DNA from: Octopus sinensis
Lineage: Eukaryota
NCBI RefSeq assembly: GCF_006345805.1
Contig: NC_043003.1
Span: 11,966,001-12,030,000 of the forward strand
DNA: 64,000 nt
Direction of reading: 5' to 3'
Position numbers and translations under genes: made by a program
Part shown: piece by piece, positions 51,094 through 64,000 of the stretch
Position numbering within the stretch: position 1 is the stretch's first letter
How the letters are laid out: each line of letters starts with the position of its first letter
The notes under the pieces: generated by a model
Seen by the model: the letters and a program-made list of their open reading frames with translations, nothing else
Databases searched by the model: none
Told to the model about the DNA's origin: nothing

Positions 51094-51295
51094 ACAGAGG
51101 GGGCAAACAAGGACAGACTAACGGATTAAGTCGATTATATCGACCCCAGTGCGTAACTGGTACTTAATTTATCGACCCCGAAAGGATGAAAGACAAAGTC
51201 GACCTCGGCGGAATTTGAACTCAGAACGTAGCGGCAGACGAAATACGGCTACGCATTTCGCCCGGATTGCTAACGTTTCTGCCAGCTCGCCGCCT
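51094..51295 (-). mobile_element. Nin/Deu-type SINE
   Basis: Near-complete reverse-strand copy. Confidence 0.85.
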
Positions 51296-52203
51296 GTCGA
51301 TGGTTGGAGATCGTCAGCTGACTCCTGTTGTAATGGTGAAGATCGCTTTGCAAACTTGTCTAAAGTCCTTTGAATTGTCTTTTTCTTCTTCTCTTCAAAG
51401 ATTAGATAATAAGGTGCAATAGTATCTTGACAACACCCTCCCCCAATATTTTTACAAAACGATGTGCATTGGGATCCGCTTCCTCAAGTAAAGCAAGAAA
51501 TTTATCGAAAAAAAGAAAAAGCTTCTTGCATTTTCTTCAACGTAAAACGAAGAGGCTCGGGATCAGGTTTTTCTTCTTCGTTTCTCAGGGGCCCTTTTAC
51601 TTGTTTCAGTCATTTGACTGTGGCCATGCTGGAGTACCGCCATTAGTTGAATAAATAAGCCTAGTACTTATTCTATCGTTCTCTTTTGCAAAACTACTAA
51701 GTTACGGGGACGTAAACACACCAACATCGGTTGTCAAGCGATGGTAGGAGGACAAACACAGACACACAATTATATACATACATATATACATACATACATA
51801 TATACATACATATATATATACATATATACATACATACATACATGCATACATATATATATACATACATACATACATATATACATATATACATCATCATCAT
51901 CATTGTTCGTCCATGGTCGAGACTTTCATAGTCTTTTGAAATGGCTAATAATGTGTGCGCGCGCCACTACTACACACATTGGAAAGCATTGTACAACCAA
52001 GTACTAAAGAAGATCTTTCCTCCTCCATGAAACAAAGCTGTTCCCGCTGGACGTCAACCCAGTATTTCTAAGCTACGGACCCAGTGATTTATTGTAAGGT
52101 TATCTCCCTAGATAGATTGCCTTCACTACGGCTAAGGAGCCCTTTCTACCCCATGACCAAACCCTTGTAAGTGGATTTGATAGACGCAAACTGAAAGAAG
52201 CCG

Positions 52204-52269
<66 letters not shown>

Positions 52270-52290
52270 CATACATACATATACATATAC

Positions 52291-52357
<67 letters not shown>

Positions 52358-52514
52358 GACGGGCTTCTTTCAGTTTGCGTCTATCAAATCCACTTACAAG
52401 GGTTTGGTCGGCCCGAGGTTATAGTATAAGATACTTGCCTAAGGTGCCGCGCAGTGGGACTGAACCCGGAACCATATGATTGAGAAGCAAGCGTCTTACC
52501 ACACAGCCACTCCT

Positions 52515-53132
52515 GCGCCTGTTTATCTTTCGCAAAACAATTCATTGAAATCCTGTTCTTCCAGTTCATTGCTTCAACTGCACCAAGGTCTTGTTCACTT
52601 CAACATAGTCAAAGCACTTAAAGTCATTGACAAATTATCGGCACAGCTCCTCCCACACATCCTTCATAGCCGTGCCCTTCATCTCATTTCACACAGCTGC
52701 TACGTTCACTATGGCTTTGTAGATGTGACCTTCCCAAAACTCACGGACTGTGATGCTTTTCGTCGATGTCAGTTGCAGATATTGCTTGGCGTAATGTACG
52801 CTTCATTTAATAGCGCTTAAATGTGGCAATTACCCCTCCTTGTCCATTGGCAATTATCCCCTGGTCCTGGTCCGAGGTAGTGTTAGGAGGGAGGAAGATA
52901 ACGGTAGCATTGGGTTGCTTTTCGGGTGGCCAGGAGCGTTAAGACACGCAGAACTTTAAAAGGCATCCCTTTAGCCTTACAGTACTTTTCTGCTTCGGGA
53001 ATAAAATGATTGAAAAACTATTCTTCAAAAATAATGACGGTGACCTAAGCCTTTGAATTGGCCATCCATATTACAGGAAAAGATGCCTTGGGTATGTTCT
53101 TAAGGACTCAGGGATTCAGAGCATGATACACA
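52515..53132 (-). mobile_element. Decayed pogo/Tigger DDE transposase fragment
   Basis: The minus strand reads VYHALNP..LKNIPKASFPVIWMANSKA..FIPEAEKYCKAKGMPFKV..NAPGHP. This is followed by KRTLRQAISAT..AIVNVAA..FVNDFKCFD. Confidence 0.75.
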
Positions 53133-53134
53133 TC

Positions 53135-54085
53135 GTCCTAACGATTCTGCCAGCTCGCCACCTTGATATATTCGTTTCAAATTTTAGCACAAGGCCAGTA
53201 ATTTTAGGGTAAGATATAAATCGATTACATCGATTCCAGTAGCGATTCTGCCGGCTCGCTGCCTTTATATCTTAACATATTAATAGGGAGTCAGAAACGT
53301 CAGCACGCTGTAAAAAGGGCTTGACGGAATCTCTTCCGGCTTTGCGTTTTGAATTCAAATTCCGTCAGGGTCGACTTTGCTTTCCATCCATCCGGGGTTG
53401 AAATAAATAAATACCTGTTGAGTACTGGGGTCGAGGTAATCAACTAGCCTCCGCCCCTAAAGTTTCAGGCTTTGTGCCTACAGTAAAAAAAAAATATGTT
53501 GATTTGAAATTTTGGCACAAAGCAAGCAATTTAGGGGAGGGGGATAATCGATTACATCGACCCCAGTACTCAACTGGTACTTATTTTATCGACACCGAAA
53601 GAATGAAGGGCAAAGTCGACCTCGGCGGAATTTGAACTCAAAACGTAAGGCCGGACGAAATGCCGTTAAGCATTTCGTCCAGCCTTACGTTAAGTAGACA
53701 GAATATATTAATTTCAAATTTTGGCGCAAGGCCAATAAGTTTGAGGAAGGTGGTGAGTTGATTACATCGACCCTAGTTTTCAATTGGTGCTTAAAGGCAA
53801 AGTCAACCTCGGCGGAATTTGAACTTAGAACGTGAGGACCGACGAAATGCCTATTTCTTTACTACCCACAAGGGGCTAAACACAGAAGGGACAAACAAAG
53901 ACAGACAAGCAGATTAAGTCGATTACATCGACCCTAGTGCGTAACTGGTACTTAATTTATGGACCCCGAAAGGATGAAAGGCAAAGTCGACCTCGGCGGA
54001 ATTTGAACTCAGAACGTAACGGCAGACGAAATACCGCTAAGCATTTCGCCCTGCGTGCTTACGATTCTGCTAGCTCGCCGTCTTG
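53135..54085. mobile_element. Dense cluster of Nin/Deu-type SINE copies and fragments (mostly minus strand)
   Basis: Cores at ~53370 (+), ~53605 (-), ~53800 (-) and ~53975 (-). Confidence 0.8.
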
Positions 54086-54091
54086 AGTATA

Positions 54092-54400
54092 AAGAATAAG
54101 TTAAGTTAAGTTAATTTTTTGGCTCAAAAAGCAAAAAGCAAGGTCATTTAGGGGGACATGGAGTTATGTACAGGGTGGTGTTCATACAAAGAGTTCAAGC
54201 CATTTGTGGTCAAGGGAGACTTTGAACCGAGCGGTCGTCGGCATCTTCACTATCTCGTCCGGCAGCTTATTCCACGGATCCGCAACCCGGACGGAGAAAG
54301 CCCCTCTATAGATACAACTATTTAAAAATAGAGATTAAATTGAACTTTCTCAAATTTTCCTTGAATTAAAAGGAATCACAAGACTTGGGAGTTACAGGTA
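54092..54400 (-). mobile_element. CR1-type LINE 3' end
   Basis: The minus strand reads RGAFSVRVADPWNKLPDEIVKMPTTARFKVSLDHKWLELFV*, then a short 3' UTR and a (TAACT)n tail. Confidence 0.8.
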
Positions 54401-55887
54401 TGAGAAGCAGAATGCTGTGACGTCATTTGCGCTTACTAAGCAAATTCAAAAAGTGAATTTAGCCAAAAGGAAATAAGCGGACATTGAACTGAGAGAGCGT
54501 TCTCCACTTGAACACGGATAACGCTCCATGTGACGAATATGAAAATAATTACAACGCTACTTGAAGTGAGAAGTAAATATGGACATTCACACATGAAGTC
54601 TGATATTGAACAGGAATCAAACAGAAAAAATGTAAGACTTAACACCATCCCAAAATCTTCAGCAAAATCAGAAAGAAAATTATGTTAGCTTTGCTGTATT
54701 GTATTGAAAACTTCCAATGAATTCATAAGATAAATTCACGCCGAGTTATTGACTTACCAAGAATGCATTATATAAAGTCATAATGGCGTGGATGTCTCTT
54801 TTTCCAAGGATGTTAATTTCTAAGAAGACTGACTGGCTTCGTCAAACTTAGACTACAGCCATCGATCACAAGTTTGGTCGGATGCACTGTTTTTCTTGTC
54901 TTTTCTTAAGCCCTTGGCTCCCTTCGATGAAGCACGACAGCTTTTCTCCACTGTTCTCGAATCTAGGTTGTCATTTCTGCTTTTCCCTCCAGTTGGATCC
55001 CTGTTTTTTCAACTCTGCCCCGATATCCTACCTTCAGCTAATTTTAGGCATCCTCTCTTCCGACAGCCTTATGAATTCTAGATCGAGATTTGACGTATTC
55101 TCCTTATCGTCAGAACGAGAGTCGGCCTTGCAGGTAATAATGTGTATATTGAGAAAAAGGAGGCAGTCAGAATTTTGGATAATCCTTTATTAGAGCTTTC
55201 GTTCGTTTTCGAACTTGTCAATTCAAAATCAAAATCAAAATGGTAAAAACAGAACGTTTCGTTGTTCGTTTATATGAATATGTTTATTTTGCTTAGAAGA
55301 GGAGAATATTGTTTTTGTTTTTTGTTTTTTGTTGGGGGGAAAGAGAGAGAAAGAAGAGCAAACCGGGGAAGGGGATAAATAGAGAGAGGGGGGTTCAGGA
55401 CAATCAAGAAAGAGGAGAAAAATAATAAAGGATGAGGAAGTATATATATATATATAATATATATATAATATTTATATATATATATAGATAGATAGATAGA
55501 TAGATAGGGGAAGAGTGAGAAATAGAGAGAAAGAAAGAGAGGGGTTTCCTTTGAATTTGGTGTGTTCAATTCATTGAAATTTCATTACAAAGTATTTTTC
55601 TTTCTCCTCTCTTTTTTTTTTTCCATTGTATACTTATCGACATATTTGTAAATAAACACATTTTCTCACAAGTGCTGTTGACCTTTCAAAGGTGTTAATT
55701 TTAGGAAGCAAGATGGAAAAAATAAGAAAAGGTGGAAAAGCACGGTCATCACTGAAAAATAAAAAAAAAGAGTTCAAAGTACAAAGCCTTTTGAAAATGT
55801 ATATTCTTTTACACTTTTAAGCTCCATATTCTGTGTAATTCTATATTTTGCATGAACAAACATTAAATATTAGCACAATATTCATAT

Positions 55888-56170
55888 GTGGAGGCGCAAT
55901 GGCCCAGTGGTTAGGGCAGCGGACTCGCGGTCGTAGGATCGCGGTTTCGATTCCCAGACCGGGCGTTGTGAGTGTTTATTAAGCGAAAACACCTGAAGCT
56001 CCACGAGGCTCCGGCAGGGGGTGGTGGCGATTCCTGCTGTACACTTTCGCTGCGACTTTCTTTCACTCTTTCTTCTGTTGGCCTGCTGGTGGCGTCATTT
56101 GAAGGCTAAAACAATGCGAAGCGCATTGTGACAAGCGGTGTGTAGCAACATCTGATAGTCTGGTCGATCA
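55888..56170 (+). mobile_element. tRNA-derived SINE (same head as 19783)
   Basis: A-box TGGCCCAGTGG and B-box GGTTTCGATTCC. Confidence 0.8.
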
Positions 56171-57504
56171 AAAATTCACACTTTGTGCCAAGGGTAGAAA
56201 AGAAAAGAATAACCTGTAAGCACTCATTCGTTTTGTTGTGGCGCATTATGGTTCCGGGTTCAGTCCTATTACCTGCAACCTTGGGCAAGTGTCTTCTACT
56301 ATAGTATCGGGCCGACCAAAGGCTTGTGAGTGGATTGGATAGACGGAAATTGAAAGTAACCTGTCGTATATGTGTGTATGTATGTATGTAGGTAGGTATG
56401 TATTGTTATTTTAAAAAATAATAATAGAAATGTCGTTCCTCTGCTTCTCTTTCAAATATTCAGCTAAATTTTCAGTACCAATAAAATTAATAGAAAAACT
56501 AATTTTCGATGAAGAAAGACTAAAAAAAAAACAGAAAACAGAAAATTAGCAAATCCTTTTCTCCCAGAGTTTTTCATTTTTTATTTTACTTCAGTTACTG
56601 TCATTACATTATGGCCATACTGGAGTACACCTTCGAGTATGTCTACACGGCTCCAGTATTTATTTTCTTCACCATAGAAAAAGACAAATTTGATCTGCGC
56701 AGTATTCGAACTCAGAACTTAAAAATACGTAACCAAAGTTTTGATAGTATTCTCGCCAAACATCGACAAAATTCTTCTCCCACCTTGTTATAATGTTTGC
56801 TCTTTCTTTGCGCCGCTCAACTTATCAAAACCGTGCGGCTTACTTTGAGTAAGCACAAAGGCTTTGTATTCTAAGATGAGAAGATATAAGGTGCTACCTA
56901 ATCTAGCTTCTTCCACCAGCAACATACCATACTATGTCTCAAAAGTTATGCAAACGCATATGGAACACATCATTCATTTTCTCACAAATCCGTTAAACAA
57001 ACAACTTCCACTCCCCGAACATTACATGCGAAAAAGAAGTGAATCAGGTCCTTCCTGGGACTGAAGCTCAGTGTGTAGTTCTGCTTATTGGGAGTCTCCT
57101 TGTTGTTGCAAATCGCACGATACTTGGGCATTAGATTTTTGTTGGTTTGTTCTAGAGTAGGAAGATATGTCACTACCGAGAGATTTGATGGTGTGAGCGT
57201 TACGAAATGACCTCTCCAAACGGAAATCGAATGTTGTCCTGAGGTTTTATCTTGCCTAGAGTACACAGCACTCGAAAACAATCGGATATAAATGTTAAAC
57301 CGTTGTTATGCTTGCAAATTATACAATTTTGTAAAATATAAGATTCAACAGCTTAACAAGAGATTTGTGGGTTCGATCACTATCAAACTTTAAAATTCAA
57401 ATTAGTATTGTTTTCGAACATTATATGAAAATTCCGTGTGTGTGTGTGTGTGTGTGTGGTGCCCCAGCATGGCCAAAGTTTAATGAATGAGATTATATTA
57501 TATA

Positions 57505-57830
57505 GGAGCACTCCGTCGATTACGACGACGAGGATCCCAGCTGAATCGATCAACGGAACAAGTTGCTCGTGAAATTAACGTGCAAGTGGCTGAGCATTCC
57601 ACAGACATGTATACCCTTAACGTAGTTCTCAGGGAGATTCAGCGTGACACAGAGTATGACAAGGCTGGCCCGTTTGAAATAGAGGTACTACTCATCTTTG
57701 CCAGCTGAGTGTGGACTGGAGCAACGTGAAATAAAGTGTCTTGCTCAAGGACACAACGCGTCGCCGGGAATCGAACTCACAACCTTCCGATCATGAGCCG
57801 AATGCCCTAACCACCAAGCCACGCGCCCTC
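57505..57830 (-). mobile_element. CORE-type SINE
   Basis: Homologous to 23262-23600. Confidence 0.8.
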
Positions 57831-58267
57831 AATAGTGAGATAACTGAAAAATAAAAGATATATGTATGCACATACATACATACATACATACATATATACA
57901 TACACACATATACGACAGGTTACTTTCAATTTCCGTCTATCCAATCCACTCACAAGCCTTTGGTCGGCCCGATACTATAGTAGAAGACACTTGCCCAAGG
58001 TTGCAGGTAATAGGACTGAACCCGGAACCATAATGCGCCACAACAAAACGAATGAGTGCTTACAGGTTATTCTTCTCTTTTCTACCCTAGGCACAAGGCG
58101 TGAATTTATTGGGGAGGGGGCTAATCGATTAGATCGACCTCAGTACGCAACTGGTACTTAATTTATCGATCCCAGTGCTTACAAGTTATTACAAATAAAT
58201 TAACTTATATTTGCAAAGGAGGACAAGTCATATTAGTTCACTGTTTATCACTAATGTATATTTCTTA

Positions 58268-58686
58268 ATACTCTTTTTACTCTTTTACTCTTTTACTTGT
58301 TTCCGTCATTTGACTGCGGCCTTGCTGGAGCACCGCCTTTAGTCGAGCAAATCGACCCCGAGACTTATTCTTTGTAAGCCCAGTACTTATTCTATCGGTC
58401 TCTTTTGCCGAACCGCTAAGTGACGGGGACGTAAACACACCAGCATCGGTTGTCAAGCAATGCTAAAGAGACAAACACAGACACACAAACACACACACAC
58501 ACACACACATATACATATACATATATACAACAGGCTTCTTTCAGTTTCCGTCTACCAAATCCACTCACAAGGCATTGGTTGGCCCGGGGCTATAGTAGAA
58601 GACACTTGCCCAAGATGCCACGCAGTGGGACTGAACCCGGAACCATGTGGTTGGTTAGCAAGCTACTTACCACACAGCCACTCCTA
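58268..58686 (-). mobile_element. Full microsatellite-bearing CORE SINE
   Basis: Near-consensus copy. Confidence 0.88.
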
Positions 58687-59683
58687 TTTCTCAACACTAC
58701 CACTAGGTACACTACAATTCTGACAAGAGACGAACGCAACTCACAACCTCACTCGCTCACGGCTGCCGCCTACTGTTTCGAAAGAGGTAGTATGGAAGAC
58801 GAGAGTGAAAGGAATTGCAACAGGCATGTTCATCTCCAGTCTCGAGCTAATCGACTTTTTCGTTTTCCACATGAAACGGAAAATAAGGCTGGAGAAGAAA
58901 TGCCTGTCGCAAAGTGTGTTTCGTAAAAGATGGAAGTCTATAGCAAGTATGTTGCGAGTGAAAGAACCTGTTTAAACGAGAATATAAAAAGGAGAAAGCA
59001 AACTCTTCAGTGTGAGTATGTGGTTTGTGGGGTTGACCACGTCCTCCGCTTCATTTTTTGTAAATCACTCATTCTCATTTAAGTGTATATATTCTAATTG
59101 TTTGTTTATTCATACGTTTCGTCTCATTCGATACCCTGACCCCAATGTTTGTTTTGTCTGTCCTCGTATCGTCCCCTCTTTTTTCTCAACCTTATGGTTA
59201 ATAAAAATGTATGTTTACCTTATAACTCCGCTCTGTCCCCTGCTTTGTAAGTAACCTTCCCCATTATATTTATTGGCACTTATCCTTCTGTTACCAAGAA
59301 TAAGTCTGAACAAGTTTTGAATTTAAGAGAAAATTATATAAGGGATTAAAAAATATTTATCAGAAAAAATGGCTTTCTGGGTGAAAACTTGAAAATTTTA
59401 AGGTCGATGAGGGTCGCCTTGCAGAGTTGTTCGAGTGAGCTAAAATTTTGCGTAGATTGTTTTTCCATTTTTTTTTTGTTAATTGGAACAAGATAGGTGG
59501 GTGGAGGCTTAACTTTCAGAAAGCTGAAAAATAAGGGCCACTCTAATGTATATATATATATATATATACAGACTTACACACGCACGCGCACACAAAAGTT
59601 AAGGAGTAGAATAGATGATATCCGGGCTACATAGATTGCTTGAAGCTACCCTTCTTCCCACACTTCGATCCTTGAATATCCAT

Positions 59684-59753
<70 letters not shown>

Positions 59754-60117
59754 TATATGTGTGGTGTGTGTGTGTATGCTGTCCAAAAAGCAAAGCCAAT
59801 AAAACGTCTTAAAGATTCGCTCAATAAGGTATCTGCAACAAACTGCTTGTTTGTTCTTTCTGTGTTGTTAAAACATTCAGTGAGTGATACTAACTAAAAA
59901 ATAAAGGTGTTTAGCGTCTAAAGGCATTTTTTAATCTTAATTTTTCTTTTTCCTATTTTTCCTATTTGTATTTCACAGCGAAAGTTTTGGTACAACTGTA
60001 ACTTACCTTAACACTTCTTACATTTTGGATCTTCTGCTAGGGAAGAACCTAGCGACCCAAATGAACATTTAAACTACAGGTAGCATTATACCAAATGATA
60101 TTCCATTTTGTCTTGTT

Positions 60118-60328
60118 TTCTCTTTTACTCTTTTACTTGTTTCAGTCATGTGACTGTGGCTATGCTGGAGCACCGCCTTTAGTCGAGCAAATCGACCCCA
60201 GGACTTATTCTTTGTAAGCCTAGTACTTATTCTATCGGTCTCTTTTGCCGAACCGCTAAGTTACGGGGATGGAAACACACCAGCATCGGTTGTCAAGCGA
60301 TGTTGGGGGGGGGAGCACAGACACACAA

Positions 60329-60359
<31 letters not shown>

Positions 60360-60541
60360 CATATATATACATATATTCGACGGGCTTCTTTCAGTTTCCG
60401 TCTACCAAATCCACTCACAAAGCTTTGGTCGGCCCGAGGCTATAGTAAAAGACACTTACTCAAGGTGCGACGCAGTAGGACTGAACCCGGAACCTTATGG
60501 TTGGTAAACAAGCTACTTACCACACAGCCACTCCTACGCCT
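60118..60541 (-). mobile_element. Full microsatellite-bearing CORE SINE
   Basis: Near-consensus copy. Confidence 0.88.
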
Positions 60542-60589
60542 GTTTACGATTGTTTTTGCATTTATGAATATTGGTATCGTAATGTTCTC

Positions 60590-61050
60590 AATATCACGCA
60601 TTCCCTGTATGGAATGTTCTTAAATGAATCAATGTAATATTTAGTAGCATAGTTACAAGATATCCCGTCAAAAGACGGTCTAACGAGACATCTAGTAATA
60701 TTAGTAAATTTGTGAGGATTATAAAAAGACAGGGGTAATTTATAAGATACGGTCATTTCTCGTTAGATTTATTTTAAGGGCAACTTTACCACTACTTAAA
60801 TCCTCAATCATATCTAAGAAATTAACTATATTTAAATTAGTATCTACTGTGATCTTTATATTTTGTTTTAATAAGCTAAGAAACGCCTTCCGAAAATGCG
60901 TATCCATGGCTTCTTCGGCGACTTTCCATCCTGCGTGTCTCCTCCAAAAGTGAAAGAGCGAATATATAGCGCGTGTGCTTATTTGACAAAAAAAAAATGA
61001 CCGTCCCGACAATATCCGTTTCAATACACGATTTCACATCAGGAATCTTG
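60590..61050 (-). mobile_element. Decayed Penelope-like RT fragment
   Basis: NIKITVDTNLNIVNFLDM..DLSSGK followed by a degenerate thumb segment (..ISCN). This resembles the PLE VNFLD..L..G pattern. Confidence 0.55.
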
Positions 61051-61090
61051 CAAAGCAAATGCATAAACATATATAGGAATGTGTGTGTGT

Positions 61091-61141
<51 letters not shown>

Positions 61142-61945
61142 TTATGCTTTTTAAAAAGGAAGTTTGTAAGATGACCGCTAATAATACTTAGTAAAATTGG
61201 TAATAATTAAGGTTTTCCGTGTGTTTTCAACTAATCTAACCTCCGACATACTCGCTGTGGACTTTTTTCAAAACACGGGCCGGGGTGGGGGCGATAATTT
61301 ATCTTTACAATTTGAAGTTCGGAAGTCTGGAAGCTGTAAAGATAATTTATAGACACCTTTGTGCATCGTCAATTACGCTGGAAAAAGGAGGCTAAAACAC
61401 CAGCGGAGTGGGAGTGATTGACGGTTAAGACGCTAAATGCAGTCTTTCTGTAGTAAAAGGCTTTTTTTCTGAAGTCGCTGGTTGTTTTAACCAAAATAAA
61501 AACTACAAATTTATATCGTAAATTGAATAAATCTTATTAGTTTCAGAAGCATATATATATAAATATATACATGAAATTAAATACTAAACTCATTCGTTTT
61601 CAATCAGAGAACTGGGGTCTGAAACTCTTGAGGATGTTATGGTGCAAGTTTTGGAATGATTACGGGCGTGCGAAGCGGAAAATGGCTGCCATTTAAGCAA
61701 TGTCATTTTTCATATGTGATGTAGTGGTGTTGCAAAATTTGATTTGTGAATATTAATTTCCATTATGTCCTTTACAATGTATCAAAATTTCATGATATAT
61801 ACAAGGGGATTTTTTCAGTTTTCGTCTACAAAATCCACTTACAAGGCTTTGTCGGCGGCAATTGCCCGATGTGCCACGCAATAGGACTGAACCCGGAACC
61901 ATGTGGTTGGGAAGTAAACCTTTTGCCACACAGCTACGCCTGCGC

Positions 61946-61988
<43 letters not shown>

Positions 61989-61992
61989 TACA

Positions 61993-62023
<31 letters not shown>

Positions 62024-62054
62024 GAATATATGTATATATATATGTGTGTATGTT

Positions 62055-62088
<34 letters not shown>

Positions 62089-62604
62089 GTGTGTGTGTGT
62101 GAGTGTATGTGTATGTATGTATGTATTTATATAGATGTGTGTATAAGTCTGTATATGTATGTAATATAAGCACACGTACACTACAGATGCGCAAACACGT
62201 CCGCACGTACATCAAAACACAATCACGCACACACACACACAAATACACACACACACACACACACACACACGCATATATATATAGACACAAATATTTATAT
62301 ATCTCAAGTGTTTTTTACAACCAGTTCATTGTCCGGACACAATAAGAAGTCTGTGCGAATGACATATCAGGGGTGTTTGTTTCCGTCTGCTGTCGTAACG
62401 GAAGAGAGACGGTTCTGTTGAGGAGTTCAACAGCAAGTTTCGAACAACAAACATCATCAATACCTCCTCGTCTGGGGAACAACAGCACCGCGCAAGGCAG
62501 ACACGGGGAAAATAAATATAGAAATAAATAAATAGATAAATAAATAAATAGAAATATTCGTTGAGATCAAAGTGTTTATAATAGCCATATACATGTATGT
62601 GTGT

Positions 62605-62704
62605 NNNNNNNNNNNNNNNNNNNNNNNNNNNNNNNNNNNNNNNNNNNNNNNNNNNNNNNNNNNNNNNNNNNNNNNNNNNNNNNNNNNNNNNNNNNNNNNN
62701 NNNN
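62605..62704. other. Assembly gap (100 N) inside a microsatellite
   Basis: Seen directly in the sequence. Confidence 1.
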
Positions 62705-62742
<38 letters not shown>

Positions 62743-62782
62743 CTATTATATATAGATATATATTAGATATATATATATTATA

Positions 62783-62814
<32 letters not shown>

Positions 62815-62949
62815 ATATACATATACATATACATATACATATATACTGCCTTCATATAAAATAGCTGGCTGCCTGTGTCCAAGGTAGACGAATACTAGCT
62901 ATTTGAAAAATTGACCCTCCGATTGTGGTTCTTTCATTTCACTTTTCTC

Positions 62950-63900
62950 TTTCATATCTTTTATCAAAAGAACTTCGACTTCTTGATTATCATCGTAAAC
63001 TCATAGACTGGTAAACACTACTGCTACAGAAAACCTGAAGTAGAAAATGTATTCATCAATAGGAACTCCAACCACAACTTAGCTATAAGTTGAAATCGAG
63101 TAACAAATACAACTAGAAGAATCCCTACTTTTATCGGCGGACAAATCTGTTCAACAGGGCTGCACTCCATTACAATGAAGTAATAGCGAAAAGTGACTTT
63201 AATGGAAACAGAGAGTATATGGAAGTCTACCACGCCCACTTCTCCTACACCCAAGAAAGAGAAACAAAGACAATCTAGTTCAATTCTCCACATTTCCATG
63301 ATGATTCCATAACTATAACTTGAAGCTTCCTCTCCTTAATTAAACAGCATCTCTCAAGTACCCATAAGTGCTGCAAACATTTTAATGCACATAACGTTAG
63401 CGTTAGCTACTCATGTCTGGACAATAAAAACATCACATGCAACAACAAACGGAAAACTTCACGCACCGACACAGACGCTACACTTATCTGTAACTGTCGA
63501 AATCCCACCAACTGTCCACTAGGAGGACATTGTCATTGAACCACCGATACACAAACCTAGCGGTATGCCGTGAATCTATACAAGTTTAATTCCCCATGAT
63601 TTCAAGGAAAGATTTAAGCAACACATGCGCTTTTTCAAAGGCAGAGACAGGGGAACTTCCACTTCCCTAAACTACTTTATCAAAATACGTGTAGACCAAG
63701 GAAACGTGTTCCCTAACTTCAAGTAGAGCAACGTTGACAAAGCCTCCTACTCAACTGCTAGCTCTTCCCTATGATTTGCGAACAGGAGAGGGAAGCAAAA
63801 CATACTTCAGCTTGGATGTGGAAGACATACGTAAGAGAAAGACCAATGCTGAGAACAAGTAATAAATATTCAATAAGAGAAGAAAATAGCTTATGCGTGG
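62950..63900 (+). mobile_element. Decayed Penelope-like element (RT C-terminus plus GIY-YIG region)
   Basis: Fragments include GKHYCYRKPEVENVFINRNSNH, HFNAHNVSVSYSCL, CNCRNPTNCPLGGHC, FKERFKQH and a C-terminal VDKASYST. Multiple stops and frameshifts are present. Confidence 0.72.
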
Positions 63901-64000
63901 CTGTAGTAGTTACAGGTGAATCCAGATTGTTGTGGTGACTGCATGAATGATAGGGGAGAAAACTCGTACTACAAATGGACAAAATTAACAAATACATTCA

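Noticed and set aside
55189-55225. Minus-strand UUGACAA-GUUCG(AAAA)CGAAC-GAAAG-CU-CUA
   Set aside because: Stem II is good, but the core has two substitutions and stem I is absent.
56850-57280. Possible decayed transposase between the inverted SINE pair
   Set aside because: I could not identify any diagnostic motif by eye. A translated profile search would be needed.
62325-62510. Candidate exon after the acceptor at 62324
   Set aside because: All three phases from this acceptor hit stops and no clear donor follows.

Overview
Repeat-dense, AT-rich eukaryotic window. It is probably from an octopus, inferred from the tRNA-derived CORE-type and Nin/Deu-type SINEs and the very large (TA)n/(TATG)n tracts. 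The only well-supported host gene is the 3' part of a TEL/Yan (ETV6/7-like) ETS transcription factor on the + strand: exons 1162-1266, 2263-2506 and 3796-4645. Its long C-terminal tail ends in a PQDLS CtBP-type motif. The remaining ~59 kb is mostly transposon debris: several SINE families, five non-autonomous Helitrons, two internally deleted Tc1/mariner elements, a Tigger/pogo remnant, a Gypsy LTR+gag remnant, Tx1/L1, CR1 and REL-type LINE fragments, and three Penelope-like (RT/GIY-YIG) remnants. The most notable unexplained signal is a set of unrelated minimal type-I hammerhead ribozyme motifs. Two have intact cores (42817-42851 and 48994-49054). One sits in the tail of a tRNA-headed SINE present as a head-to-head pair (23638-24185). 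Many are docked next to (TA)n/(CA)n tracts and have fold-back inverted partial copies. All calls were made by eye. No alignment, folding or database search was run, and repeat boundaries are approximate.
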